Notes: a model not told the origin generated them from the sequence alone. Shown: positions 10,037 to 24,700, counted from the stretch's first letter. The stretch is 64,000 bases of DNA from Anaeramoeba ignava BMAN (GCA_028826165.1 JAPDFW010000071.1:62001-126000); one strand, 5' to 3'. Translations and numbers: made by a program.

Positions 10037-12572
10037 ATGAGTTTTAAAAGGATTTCAAAACTTTTAAAACATTATTCTTCAACAAACCAGTTAAAAGGAC
10101 ATAAAAAAAATGTACATTATCTTGCTTGGAATTTATCAGATAAACTTGGTATTTTAATTTTTATAAAAAAATTGAAAATGAAAAAATTTCAAAAATATTT
10201 ATTTAAATTTTTATTTTTATAAAAAGCATCTGGAAGTGGAGATTTAACAGCAAGAATTTGGGCTCCAGATTCTTCTAGATATGTAAAAAATGAAAATAAA
10301 ATGGAATATTCTTTTATTCTTTTATTCTCTTTTTTTTTTTTGGAATCAAATTTACAATTCCAAAAATGAAACAAATCCATTTAGAATCAAAAATATATTT
10401 AATTTAGAAATAAATCAAAAATATATTTAATTTATAAATAAATCAAAAATGGATTTAATTTATAAATAAATTAAAAATATATTTAATTTATAAATAAATC
10501 AAGAATGGATTTAATTTATAAATAAATCAAAAACATATTTAAATTATAAATAAATCAAAAATATATTTAATTTATAAATAAATCAAAAATATATTTAATT
10601 TAGAAATATATTTAATTTAGAAATAAATCAAAAATATATTTAATTTATAAATAAATCAAAAAAATATATTTAATTTAGAATCAAAAATATATATTTAATT
10701 TATAAATGAATCAAAAATATATTGATTTTATAAATAAATCAAAAAATATATTAAATTTATAAATAAATCAAAAATATATTTAATTTATAAATAAATCAAA
10801 AATATATTTAATTTATAAATAAATCAAAAATGGATTTAATTTAGAAATAAATCAAAAATATATTAAATTTATCAAAAAATAAATCAAAAATGGATTTAAT
10901 TTATAAATAAATCAAAAATATATTTAATTTATAAATAAATCAAAAATATATTTAATTTAGAAATCAAAAATATATTAAATTTATAAATAAATCAGAAATA
11001 TATTTAATTTATAAATAAATCAAAAATGGATTTAATTTAGAAATAAATCAAAAATGGATTTAATTTATAAATAAATCAAAAATATATTTAATTTAGAAAT
11101 AAATCAAAAATATATTTAATTTATAAATAAATCGAAAATATATTTAATTTAGAAATAAATCAAAAATATATTTATTTTAGAAATAAATCAGAAATGGATT
11201 TAATTTAGAAATAAATCAAAAATATATTTAAATTATAAATAAATCAAAAATGTATTTAATTTATAAATAAATCAAAAATGGATTTAATTTAGAAATAAAT
11301 CAAAAATGGATTTAATTTAGAAATAAATCAAAAATGGATTTAATTTAGAAATAAATCAAAAATGGATTTAATTTAGAAATAAATCAAAAATGGATTTAAT
11401 TTAGAATCAAAAATATATTGATTTTATAAATAAATCAAAAATATATTAAATTTATAAATAAATCAAAAATGGATTTAATTTATAAATAAATCAAAAATAG
11501 ATTTAATTTAGAAATATATTTAATTTAGAAATAAATCAAAAATATATTTAATTTATAAATAAATCAAAAATATATTGATTTTATAAATCAAAAATGGATT
11601 TAATTTAGAAATTAATTTATAATTGTATTCAAAATTGAAAAAAAAAAACACAAATTCTTTTTATAAGGTTTGCAATCTAGTTCTTGAAGGTCACGAAAAT
11701 AGTGTAGACCAGCTTTGTTGGTCACCAATAGAACTTGATCTTCTTGCAACAGCATCAGGAGATAAAACAGTTCGAATATGGGATACACGAACTGGAAAAT
11801 CAAATTGTGTTATTCCAACAACTGGAGAAAATATCAATATAACATGGAGTCCTGATGGAAAAAGTATTGCAGTTGGAAATAAATCTGATGTTATCAGTTT
11901 TATCAATGTGGAAATGCAAAAAATTACAAAAAACACAAGATTTCCTTTTGAAGTTAATGAGATTTCATGGGATAAATCAGGCCAGTATTTTTTCATCACA
12001 ACTGGAAGAGGAACAGTTGAAATTTTCCGTTGGCCTTCTTTGGAAAAGGTTATGGTTCTTCAAGCACACACTTCAAACTGCTTTTGCATTGATTTTGATC
12101 CCACTCAACAATATTTCGCTGTAGGAAGTGCTGATTCGTTGGTTAGTTTGTGGGATCTTAACGAGTTGATTTGTCTCAGAACAATTCCTCGTTTGAAATG
12201 GCCTGTAAGAGCTGTTAGTTTTTCTTATGATGGAAAATTGATTGCATCTGGATCTGAAGATAAATTTATTGATATTGTAAATTTAAAAGCAAAAAAAAAA
12301 AAAGTTCTCATTTTTAAAAATTTGAACTAGCAAATATTTATATAAATTTTTTTTTTTGTTTTTTTTTTTAAATTTAGTCTTGGGTTGAAAATGGAGAATT
12401 TGTTACTTCAATTCCTCTTGAAGGTGGAATGAATTCTATTGCTTGGCATCCTAATAAATATATTCTTGCTTATGCTGGAGAATCTTATGAACAAGGAGGA
12501 GTTATTCAACTTTATGGAATTTTTGATCAATACAAAAATAAACATTCAAATTCACGTTCTGAAAAAAAATAA
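10037..12572 (+). CDS. THOC3: THO complex subunit 3 (WD40)
   Basis: Spliced exons 10037-10148, 10227-~10282, ~11669-12276 and ~12378-12572 give GHKKNVHYLAWN...LASGSGD, GHENSVDQLCWSP, GENINITWSPDG, AHTSNCFCIDFDP...AVGSADSLVSLWD and AWHPNKYILAYAG, typical of THOC3/TEX1. Confidence 0.9.
10380..11615. repeat. ~26-bp degenerate minisatellite (AAATAAATCAAAAATATATTTAATTTAT/G) filling THOC3 intron 2
   Basis: Dozens of imperfect tandem copies visible. Confidence 0.9.
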
Positions 12573-12652
12573 ACAATTCAATAAAATAATAAAATACAAA
12601 AAAAATTTTTTTTTCCTTTTTTTTTTTTCTAAAATTCATTTTTTTTCTTTTT

Positions 12653-12691
<39 letters not shown>

Positions 12692-12695
12692 CTTC

Positions 12696-15600
12696 ATGTC
12701 TAATCCTAAACATCCATTACAAATTGAAAATACAATAGAAAAATCCAAATCAAAATCCAAAGAAAAATCAAAAGAAAAATCAAAAGAAAAATCAAAAGAA
12801 AAATCAAAAGAAAAATCAAACAATCAAGGAGATAATATCAAAGTTTTATTAAGAATACGACCCGTAATTCCACGGGAAGTGCAATTAGGAGTTGAAAAAT
12901 GTGTTGAAACAGATACAGAAAAAAATCTAATTATTTTTCATGGAAAAAAAGAAGAGAAATTTTATTTTGATTGTATTGGGCCTGAAAATACGACCCAAGT
13001 GGAAGTATTTGAAATGGCAGGAAAAGGAATATCAGAATCATTTGTAGAAGGATATCATGGAACAATATTTGCTTATGGACAAACAGCATCAGGAAAAACA
13101 TTCACAATGACGGGGCCAGCAATACCGTCAGTAAATATGGCGAAGAAAAACCCCGAAATGTTTGAATTGCGAGGACTTATTCCTCGAATGGTGGAATATA
13201 TATTTGATTTAATTGAAAAGGAAAAAATCACGTTTCTGCAAAAATATCCTGATGGTCAAATTTTTCACACAATAACTTGTCAATATTTTGAAATATACAA
13301 TGAAATCATCACCGATTTATTGAATCCCCATTTAACAAATCTTCATATCAGGGAAAATATTATGTATGGAGGAACTTATGTTGAAGGAATAACCCAAATC
13401 ATTGTTAAATCACCCGGTGATATTTATAATATTTTGGAGCGTGGTGGCGAGAACCGCACTGTTGGGGAAACATGTGCGAATAAAGAAAGCTCAAGATCAC
13501 ACAGTTGTTTTACAATTGTTCTTGAGCATAAAGAAGTGGAAGTCAATGGATTAACTCGAATGAGAAGTTCCCAATTAAATTTGATTGATCTTGCTGGTTC
13601 AGAACGACAAAAAATCACAAAAGCCACAGGTCAACGGCTCAAAGAGGCTGGGAACATCAACCGTAGTTTACTTACTTTGGGAAATGTTATTTCCGCTCTT
13701 GTTGAAAAATCTACTATTAATAAGGGCCGTTTTATTCCTTATCGTGATTCTAAATTGACTTTTTTGCTCAAGGAATCTTTGGGTGGAAATAATAAAACTT
13801 TTATTATTTGTAATGTTTCTCCAAATCATACTTCAAGACTGGAAACTTTTTCTACTTTGCAATTTGCTCAACGTGCAAATAAGATTCAAAATTTATCAAA
13901 GATTAATGAATCTACAACTGGTTCTTTTGAAGAATTGAAAAAAGAAATTGCGAGATTGAAAGCGAAGATTAAGGGTTTTTATTTAATATTAATTTTGAAT
14001 TTAATTTTAATTTTGAATTTAATATTGAATTTTGAATTGAATTTTGAATTTAATTTTGAATTTAATATTGAATTTAATTTTGAATTTAATTTTGAATTTA
14101 ATTTTGAATTTAATATTGAATTTAATATTGAATTTTGAATTTTGAATTTAATTTTAATTTTGAATTTAATTTTGAATTTAATATTGAATTTAATTTTGAA
14201 TTTAATTTTGAATTTATTATTAAATTTTGAATTTAATTTTGAATTTAATTTTGAATTTAATTTTGAATTTAATATTGAATTTTGAATTTAATTTTGAATT
14301 GAATTTTAAATTGAATTTAATTTTAAATTGAATTTTAAATTGAATTTAATTTTGAATTCATTTCTTTTTAGAACTTCAAGCTCAACTCGCTTCTCGTCGT
14401 CCAAATGTAAGAGAGGAAATGAAACAAATTTTACTTCAAAAAGATCAAGAAATTAAAAATCTTCAAAATCAACTTGCTGAAATGACAGAAATTAAAAATA
14501 CACTTTCTCAAAAAGTTTCTCGATCTCAATCTGAATCTCAATATCCTTCTCAATTTTTTTCAAATGAAAATCAAAATGTAAGAAAAAAAAATAATAGAAA
14601 AGATAAAAATTTTTTCTTTTATAAATTTACTAATTCAATTTTTTTTTTGTTCCACTTTTTTTTTCCAATTTTTTAATTTTTTTAAATTTTTTAAAAGATT
14701 TTAGAAAAAACAAAAGAAGAAAACTTAAATTTAAATTTAAATCAAAATGAAAATGTAAATCAAAATGAAAATCAAAATGAAAAATTTTAATTTTGATTTT
14801 TTAAATTGAAAAAACATTTTAAATAGAAAAATTTAAATCTTGATCTTAATCCTCAAATCCTCGAAATTGAAAATTCAAAATTACAAGAAGAGATACAAAA
14901 ACTTTCTGAAGAAAAAGAGGATATTGAAAAACAATTAGAGAAACAAAAAGCAACCAATTCAAAAACGGAATTTGAATTATCAGAACAAAAACAATCATAC
15001 GATAATTTATTAACAGAAAATGAACTTTTACAAAAGAAAATTGCAAAACAAAGACAAGAATATAATTCTATGAATGTGACACTATCTGAATCTAAATCCA
15101 AATTAGCAGAAAAGAATGAAATTGTAAACAATCAAAAGAAACAGATCAAAAAACTTCAAACGGAAATTCAATCCAAAACAAAATATGACAAAGCAGTACT
15201 TCTAAAGCAAATATCACAAATGCAAGAAGAAAAAGAAAATCTACAACAAGATTCAGATGCATTACAAAAACAGCTGATCCTTCGAATTCGGGAAAATGAT
15301 GATCTCATAGAGAGATTTCGAACCACAGAGAGTTCTTTACAAACTTCACAAGCAGCAGTTGAAAAATTAAATCACATAAATTTCGAGCTCAAAAAATCTC
15401 TCAGAAGAACTCAGCGTGAATTGAGTAGATATAAACGAAGTGGAATTGCAGACTCTGGAAATCTTGATTTTTCTGATTCAAGTTCAATTGACTCTTCTGA
15501 ATCACAAGATTCTTTTACAACAGAACTTAATTTTGAGCTCACTTCTCAAAAATCTTTTCGAATTATCCCAAAAGCCACTCCCCAAACTTCGCATAAATCC

Positions 15601-17383
15601 GAATCAAAATCGGATGACGAAACAACTTCTAATCTCGAAGTTGATATTCAAGTTCCTGAAAATGAAAAACATCAAATTCAACTTGATTTTCCAAAAAATG
15701 AGAAAAAAGATTTTAATAAAAAAGATTTTATTGAAAATTGGGTTTCCAATCAAAATGGCAATTCAAAAAACCATGAACAAACAAACCAAGACAGCAAACA
15801 ACCAGAAAAGAATTATGTGGATTTAACTAATAGCGTAAATGAGAATTTATCTTATCATGGATTGGAAGAAATTGAGAATATTGTTGAAGACTCAAAAGAT
15901 CAACCAAAAGAAAATAATGAGAATCAAAACCAGAATCCAGAAGTTTTTCCTGAAGATTCTGTTTTATTTGAAGAAAATCCAGAACAAATCACGCGGCAAA
16001 ATGAAATTATGCGAATTGAATTAGAAAAAAAACTTCAACAAGCAACAGAACTTTTTACATTGCAATCCAAAATTGAATTAGAAAGAATTCTTCTTGAAAG
16101 AACCATTTATTTTGATTTCCATATTACTCCTTCAGGATATCCTTTAGGAGCTTGCACTTTGTTTAAATTCATGAAGGATAATTCAGCTTTTGAATCTGAA
16201 AATTATAGAATTCTTGAAGTATTTATTGAATCAATGGAATTATTATTTAATTCATTTCGTCGTGAATCAAATGATTGTATCAAGTTTATTTCAAATATTT
16301 CATTTATTTTGGCCTTGATTTCTCAATATATTCCTGAAAATCAACTCAATGCTGATTACAACAAGAAATTTTATAATGAATTAGTTTCTCTTTTATCTCA
16401 AGCTTTATCAAAATTTATTGATGAAACAACTTCTTCAATGAGAATTGTTATTACAATTGCTTTTTTACAACAAAAACATAATATTGTTCTTGATAGTTCT
16501 CATATTTTCCGTGAATCTAGAAAGAGATCTGATGATGTTTCTCCAACTGAAATTGTTTCTCATCTTCAAAAGATTTATAAAATTTTAGATTTGCATCAAA
16601 TTTTTAAAATTATTCAAATTTATATTTTTGATAAAATTGTTGCATTTATTAATTCTTCATTAGTTGAAGATATGATTTCTAAATCTGTTTTATGTACAGC
16701 TCATAATGCACTTCAAATTAAGGAAGCTTTATCAAATCTTGAGTTATGGTTTTCACAAATTGGAATGAATTCATTGAAGTAAATTTAAATTATAATTTCA
16801 ATTTTAATTTTAATTTTAATTTTAATTTTAATTTTAATTTTAATTTTAATTTTAATTTAAATTTTAATTTTAATTTTAATTTTAATTTTAATTTTAATTT
16901 AAATTTGAATAGACAAAAAATTTATGGAATTAGAGAATCTTGTGATTGTTTAATACTTAATAAAGGAATTATTCGAGATCAAAAAAATGGATATAATTTT
17001 TGTTTTGAAATTTGTCCACATTTAAAACCTCAACAAATCCTTTCAATTTTATCAAATTTTAGACCAGATGAGTAAATAAATAATTTTTCTATCATAAAAA
17101 AAAAAATTTAAATAAGAAAATTAATTAATTAATTTATTATTATTATTTAAATTATAGATTTGATGATCAACCAATTCCTCCTTATCTTTTAAAGATTTTC
17201 CGACAATCTTCTTTTTTCAAAACTGGGAATACCACTGAAGATCAAAAAGAAGATTTAGATGAAAATAATCTTGAAATAGATTTTAAACAAATTTACACAA
17301 AAGAATGGTATAAACTTTCAGCTCCAAGTTTAATTTCTTCAGTTAAAGATTTTATGACTTTTTTTTCAGAAAAACAGAATTAA
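12696..17383 (+). CDS. Kinesin (KIF15/kinesin-12-like motor) with coiled coil and C-terminal myosin V/XI-like globular tail (DIL) domain
   Basis: Exons 12696-13974, 14372-14577, 14698-14754, 14827-16778, 16913-17071 and 17158-17383 are all GT-AG and frame-consistent (~1292 aa). Motor motifs: AYGQTASGKT, NKESSRSH, DLAGSE, IPYRDSKLT. Tail: GYPLGACTLFK...AFESE, LCTAHNALQIKEALSNLELW, ICPHLKPQQILSILSNFRPDEFD. Confidence 0.85.
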
Positions 17384-17545
17384 CTTTCTTTTTATTTCTT
17401 TTTATTTCTTCTTTTTATTTCTTATTTTTTTTTAAAATAAAAAAAAAAAAGTGGAATTGAGGAAAAAAAAATTATTTTTTACTTTTTTTTGATTATTTTT
17501 AAAAGAAAAGAAAAAAAGTGGAATTTAAAAAGAAAAAAAAAAATT

Positions 17546-20500
17546 TCATTTATGTTTCCAAATTTTAATTGAGTTTTCAATACTTGCGACAATATTTTTA
17601 TTCTCACGATCCCAAGCAACAAATTTAGCAGGTTTATCAGTTTTCAAATTTGTTTTATTTTTTTTAGCTAAAATATCCCAAATAAACAAAGTATTTTGAC
17701 AACTTGAAATAACATAATTTTGACAAGGAGAAAAAACTGCATTTTTACGAGTTGGAGAAATTTCTGCACTTGGAGGTTTAAATTCTGCAAGTGGTTGAGT
17801 AGTATTATAAACATCGAATATTTTGAATGAACTTTGAGTTGTGATTAAAAGTTGGAGATTATCAGGAGAAAGAGAAATTGATAGTATTTGTGAGTCTTGT
17901 TCCGGGAATTCATCAATAACTTTTCTTGTATTTAAATTCCACACTTTTATTTTCCCATCAACATGTGATGATAAAAATTCTCTTTGATTTCTAACTGCAA
18001 TTGATATGCATGGACTTGATGTTTCAAGTGTTGTTGTTTTTTGATTTTCTATGTTATATAATATTAAGTTATTCTCCATTCCTCCTGATATAAAAATAGT
18101 TCCATCATCAATAAATTTTGCATCTGAGATACTTTTGTTTGTAATTGATTTATAAAACTTTCCATGAAAAATTTTAAATCAATTTTCAATTTTAAATCAA
18201 TTTTAAATTTTAAATCAATTTTCAATTTTCAATCAATATTAAATCAATTTTAAATCAATATTTAATTCAATATTAATTCAATATTTAAATCAATATTTAA
18301 ATCAATATTTAAATCAATATTTAAATCAATTTTAAATCAATTTTAAATCAATTTTCAATTTTAAATCAATTTTAAATCAATTTTAAATCAATTTTCAATT
18401 TTAAATTTTAAATTTTAAATCAATTTTAAATCAATTTTAAATCAATTTTAAATCAATTTTAAATTTTAAATTTTAAATCAATATTTAAATCAATTTTAAA
18501 TAAATTTTAAATCAATTTTAAATAAATTTTAAATCAATTTTAAGTTTTAAATTATTTTTTTTTTAGGGAAAAAAGTTCCTGATTTTTTTTTTTGCTTTTT
18601 TATTTATTTCCTTACAATGTGTTTTAATTGATTCATTTCGACAATACTAACAGATCCTTGATCAGTTGTAGATAATAGATAATTATCATTTTTAGTAAAA
18701 TCAAATGAACGAATTCCATAACTTTTTCCAAATTTTATCGATTTATGTAACTAAAAATTTAAATAAAAATTTTAATTGAATTTTGATTTTAATTTTAATT
18801 TTAATTTTAATTTTTTCAAACTTTTGCTAACTGTGAATCCCATAAATTAATTCTTCCATCATGATCTCCTGTTGCAATGATGTTTCCTGAATGATTTAAA
18901 CAAAGTGAACTTATAAAATGTTTGTGAACATCCTTTTTGTTTTGTTTTTAAAAAAGAGAGAAAGAAATCATTTTATAAAATTAATTTTTAAATTAAAATA
19001 AATAAACCAACCTTTATTTTTTTAGTTTGATTCCAAGATACAGAAAGTGAATCTATTTTTGGAGTTGTTTTTTTCCTTTTTTTTTTAAAAAACATACGAA
19101 TTTAATTTATAATTTAATATTGAATTTAATTTATAATTTAATTTATAATTGAATTTAATTTATAATTTAATATTGAATTTATTATTAAATTTAATTTATA
19201 ATTTAATTTATAATTTAATTTTGAATTTAATTTATGATTTATAATTTAATTTATAATTTAATTTTGAATTTAATTTATAATTTAATTTATATTTTAATTT
19301 ATAATTTAATTTTGAATTTAATTTATAATTTAATGTTGAATTTAATTTTGAATTTAATTTATAATTTAATTTATAATTTAATTTATATTTTAATTTATAA
19401 TTTTAATTTATAATTTAATTTATAATTTAATTTATAATTTAATTTATAATTTTAATTTATAATTTAATTTATAATTTTAATTTATAATTTAATTTATAAT
19501 TTAATTTATAATTTAATTTATAATTTTAATTTATAATTTAATTTATAATTTAATTTATAATTTAATTTATAATTTAATTTATAATTTTAATTTATAATTT
19601 AATTTATAATTTAATTTATAATTTAATTTATAATTTAATTTGAATTTAATTTATAATTTAATTTATAATTTAATTTATATTTTAATTTATAATTTAATTT
19701 ATATTTTTAATTTATAATTTGATTTATAATTTAATTTATAATTTGATTTATAATTTAATTTTGAATTTATATTTTAATTTATAATTTAATTTATAATTTA
19801 TTATTGAATTTTATAATTGAATTTATAATTTAATTTAATTTATAATTTAATTTTATAATTTAATTTTATAATTTATTATTGAATTTAATATTGAATTTAA
19901 TTTATAATTTAATTTATAATTTATTTTATAATTTATTATTGAATTTAATATTGAATTTAATTTATAATTTAATTTATAATTTAATTTTTGAATTTAATTT
20001 TGAATTTAATTTTGAATTTAATATATAATTTTATTTATAATTTAATATATAATTTAATTTATAATTTAATTTATAATTTAATTTATAATTTAATTTTGAA
20101 TTTTATTTATAATTTAATTTATAATTTAATTTTGAATTAAATATTGAATTTATTTTATTAATTTATTTTATAATTTAATTTATATTTTAATTTATAATTT
20201 ATTATTGAATTAAATATTGAATTTAATGAATACAAATCTTTCATATTTTCAATTTCATTTGAAAGTTGAGCAAATCTTTGATTTAATTCTTTTTCATTTT
20301 TTTCAATTTCCGCAATATTTTGTTGAAATTTTGAAATTTCGACTTGATATCTATTTGTTTCTTCTAAAACAGTTTGAAGTTCCCTTTGAATTTTTTTAGC
20401 ACCTGAAGTAAAATAATTTATATTTTCTTCAAATAAAAGTTTTTTTGTATTTAATTCTCTAATTTGGTTTTCAGTTGAATCATTTTCTTTCGTTAATCTT

Positions 20501-20812
20501 GAAAGACTTAATAAAGTATTGTGTGTTTTTTGATATTGAGTTAAAACTCCCATTAAGTTTTCCATTTGTTTTTTCATAAATTGAATATTATCTGGATCTA
20601 TATTTAAATTTTTAATTCTTGAAAATTCTTCTTCTAAATCCCTTTTTTGTTGATATTTTTTTTGATTCGTTATTTCTGCTTTTTTTATTTTCATTTTTGT
20701 TTTTTTTGTTTCAATTTGATATTTTTGGATCATTTGAATAATTTTTTGACAGCTAATTTCTTGTTCATTTCTTTCAATAAGTTGGATTTTGAATAATTTT
20801 TATGAAATCCAT
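17546..20812 (-). CDS. Coiled-coil + WD40 protein, ATG16L-like
   Basis: The N-terminal exon (QLIERNEQE..., long coiled coil; 1-nt frameshift near 20790) splices via small GT-AG exons (~19075-19012, ~18932-18822, ~18750-18616) to the WD40 exon ~18158-17546 (SSHVDGKIKVWN, SISLSPD, AVFSPC). The architecture matches ATG16L; orthology is not certain. Confidence 0.6.
19100..20230. repeat. AT microsatellite (TTTATAA/TTTAA units) filling an intron
   Basis: Directly visible. Confidence 0.85.
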
Positions 20813-20899
20813 TTTATTATTTCTTAATAAAAATAAAAATAAAAAATGAAAATAAAAAAATGAAAAAAAATTTTTTAATTATTTTTTTAGAATTTTTGA

Positions 20900-21710
20900 A
20901 ATAAAATTTATTTTAAATTTCTTTTAAATTTCTTTTAAATTGTTTTAAATTTCTGTTTTAAATTCTCTTTTAAATTCTCTTTTAAATTTTATTTTAAATT
21001 TCTGTTTAAATTTCTTTTAAATTTTATTTAAAATTTTGTTTTAAATTTGTTTTAAATTCTGTTTTAAATTTCTGTTTTAAATTCTGTTTAAATTTCTGTT
21101 TTAAATTGTGTTTTAAATTGTGTTTTAAATTTCTGTTTTAAATTTCTGTTTTAAATTTTGTTTTAAATTTCTGTTTTAATTTGTGTTTTAAATTGTCTTT
21201 TAAATTTCTGTTTTAAATTGTGTTTTAAATTGTGTTTTAAATTTTATTTTAAATTTTATTTTAAATTTTATTTTAAATTTTATTTTAAATTTTATTTTAA
21301 ATTTTATTTTAAATTTTATTTTAAATTTTATTTTAAATTTCTTTTAAATTTTGTTTTAAATTTTGTTTTAAATTCTGTTTTAAATTGTGTTTTAAATTTC
21401 TGTTTAAATTGTGTTTTAAATTGTGTTTTAAATTCTCTTTTAAATTGTTTTAATTTCTTTTAAATTGTTTTAAATTTCTGTTTTAAATTCTGTTTTAAAT
21501 TCTGTTTTAAATTTTATTTTAAATTGTGTTTTAAATTTCTTTTAAATTCTGTTTTAAATTGTGTTTTAAATTGTGTTTTAAATTTCTGTTTTAAATTTTA
21601 TTTTAAAATTCTTTTAAATTGTGTTTTAAAATTCTGTTTTAAATTGTGTTTTAAAACTGTTTTAAATTGTTTTAAAGTTTAAATTGTTTTAAAGTTTAAA
21701 ATTGTTTTAA
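20900..21710. repeat. Intergenic 12-13 bp degenerate repeat (TTTTAAATTGTG / TTTTAAATTTTA)
   Basis: Directly visible. Confidence 0.85.
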
Positions 21711-21713
21711 AGT

Positions 21714-24700
21714 TTAAATTTGGAAATGTTGTGGAATCTTTAATTTTGATTCTTCAGTTTTTGCTGCATCAATTAAATCTTTCATAGTTAACTTCTGATT
21801 TTCTTTTCTCCAAGCAGCATGAGTACAAGCACGAAAAACAGCATTTTGAATATTACTACCAGTAAAAACAAAAGCATTAGCAAGTTGAGAAAAATCAATA
21901 TTATCATCACGAGGAGTTTCTTTGGGAATATGAAACTTCCAGATTTGCTCTCTTAATTTTGGCTCAGGAACTTGGAATTCAATAACATAACTCATTCTTC
22001 TAAAAAACGACTTATCAATAGCATTTGGAAGATTTGTACAAAGAATAACAATTCCGTTGAATCTTTCCATGTGATATAAAAGCAATCCAACATCAATATT
22101 TGCATATCTTTCAGTTGAGTTATTAGCGTTTTCAATGCGTTTTCCAAAAATTCCTTCTGCTTCGTCAAAAACAATTAAATATTCGTTTTTTTCTGCTTCT
22201 GTGAAAAGAAGATCAACATTTTTTGCTGTATCACCAACAAACTTAGAAATCAATTCAGAAACATTAACAATTTTCAACGACTTTCCCAATTCATAACCAA
22301 TTGATTGAGCTGTTAAAGTTTTTCCAGTTCCAGGAGGACCAGAAAACATGACTGAAATACCCTTTCCGAAGCCATTTTTTTCTTCGAATCCCCAACTACT
22401 TAAGACTCTTCGAGCCTTTTCAAATTGTACAATTTCCTGGATCAGTTTTTTCTGGTTCTCGGGAAGAACAACAGAATCTAATCCTCTTGTTGGAACAATT
22501 CTTCGATGGAAACTTGTCATTTGTAATTTTCCTGTCATTTGGAATTTTGCTCCTTGAACAAGATCTTCTTGTCTTAAAACAACATCATTTGGACCGTCTC
22601 TTGAAACAGCCAAACTAAGTGCACTTATAATTGCGTTTTTAATTAATCCGCCTGTTAATTCAAATTTCATTGCTAATTTGGATAAATTAACGTTTTCTGC
22701 TAATTTCAGTTTTTTTGGTAAATGTGTTTGCCATATTTTTTCTCGTAAATATGGATCAGGTCGCATGAATTGAACAGATAGTGTTATTCTTCTGTACATA
22801 GCCTCGTCAAGATCATATGGTCGATTTGTTGCAAGAATTACAACTCCATCATATCGTTCAATTTCGGTTAATAATTGATTGATTTCTAATGATTTTCCAT
22901 GTTCTCTTGTTTCGAATAAACTTTCGCATTCATCAAAGAAGACCAATGCTGATTGAACTTTTGCTTCTCTCTATATTTATTTAAATATTTTAATATTTAT
23001 TTTAAATATTTTGAATATTTAATATTTATTTTAAATATTTATTTTAATATTTTAATATTTTAATTTATTTTAATATTTATTTAAATATTTAATATTTATT
23101 TTAAATATTTTAATATTTATTTTGAATATTTATTTTAATATTTATTTTAATATTTATTTTAATATTTTAATATTTATTTTAATATTTATTTTAATATTTA
23201 TTTTGAATATTTTAATTTATTTTAATTCTTACAAAAATAAATCTTAAATTTTCACCAGCTCTAATTCCACCTAATTTGGGAAAATTAACAAGCATAATCT
23301 TTCTATTCAAAATATTTCCAAGTGCATTTGCCATCATAGTTTTCCCTAAAATAATTTTAAATAAAAATTTAATAATCCAAAAAAAAATATTTGAAAATAT
23401 ATATAAATATATATATAAATATAAACCTGTTCCTGAAGCTCCAAAAAATAACATTACAACACCACCAGCACTTCCAATAACTTTTTCCAACTTAATTTTC
23501 TTTCGACAAATTTGGAATTGATCGAAATTCTGAACAGTATTAATAATCAAATCTTTTGTTTCTTGAGGTAAAACAACTTGATCCATGGAAACCTTACTTT
23601 TATATAAATGAGAACCTTCAACAAGTTCATCCATTTCAGTTTCCAATCCAAGAACAAAATCAAGCATTTTATAATCCAAACTTATCATTAAAGCATCTAA
23701 AGTTGATTCAAAATCCATCCAAGTTCTTGAATTTCCTTGATGAGCCAAAATAAATCCATCTTGAATCAACTTGGAATTTTTATAAAAATATTTTCTGAGT
23801 TGAATTTCTTGAATTAAACTCTCTGCAAAAAATCCAATCAATTGTGATGCTTGAATTTCTGAATAATTTCCCCATGTAAAACTTTGTACTTTATAAGAAA
23901 TATTCATTCCAACTAAACAAACTAATAATTTCTTTTCAAAATCATCTAATTTTCTACGATCCATTAATTTTTCCAGTCTTGGATACCATTTTCCAGCTTC
24001 TTTAGTTAATTTCAATCTTTTTGTTAGTTTTCTTTCATAAGTTTTTTCTTCTGCTTCACTTTGTCTATCATAAGATGTAGCAATAAATGGTCTATCTGTA
24101 TATCTATTCATACCTCTTTTTCTTGATGAATTTGTCATTACAGCATGAATCCAATCAAATCTATCTTCCAAATATTCGAGGTCATTAGAATAGGGTTTAA
24201 GAATTTTTTTTTCTTCATCTTTATCATCATCTTTATCAATATCTTTATCAATTTCATCATCTTTATCATCATCTTTATCATCTGTTTTGATTTCATCTTC
24301 TTTTTTAATTTCATCATCTTTATCAATTTCATCATCTGTTTTAATTTCATCATCTGTTTTAATTTCATCTTCTTTTTTATCAATTTCATCTTCTTTTTTA
24401 ATAATTTCATCTTCTTTTTTAATTTCATCTTCTTTTTTAATTTCATCTTCTTTTTTAATAATTTCATCTTCTTTTTTATCAATTTCATCTTCTTCTTTCA
24501 TTTCTAAAGGAATTTCTAACTTAATTTCTTGCTCAGAAAAACGATGTAAAAGCTTCATTCTTTGATCTTCTCCAATTTCACCTTCGGGATATAATTGATC
24601 TTCAAAATTTTTTTGATTCTTTAATTCATTTGTAATATATTCATATAAATCATAATCTTCATCAAGTTCTGAACGAATTCTGTTTAATTTCCCAATTTCA

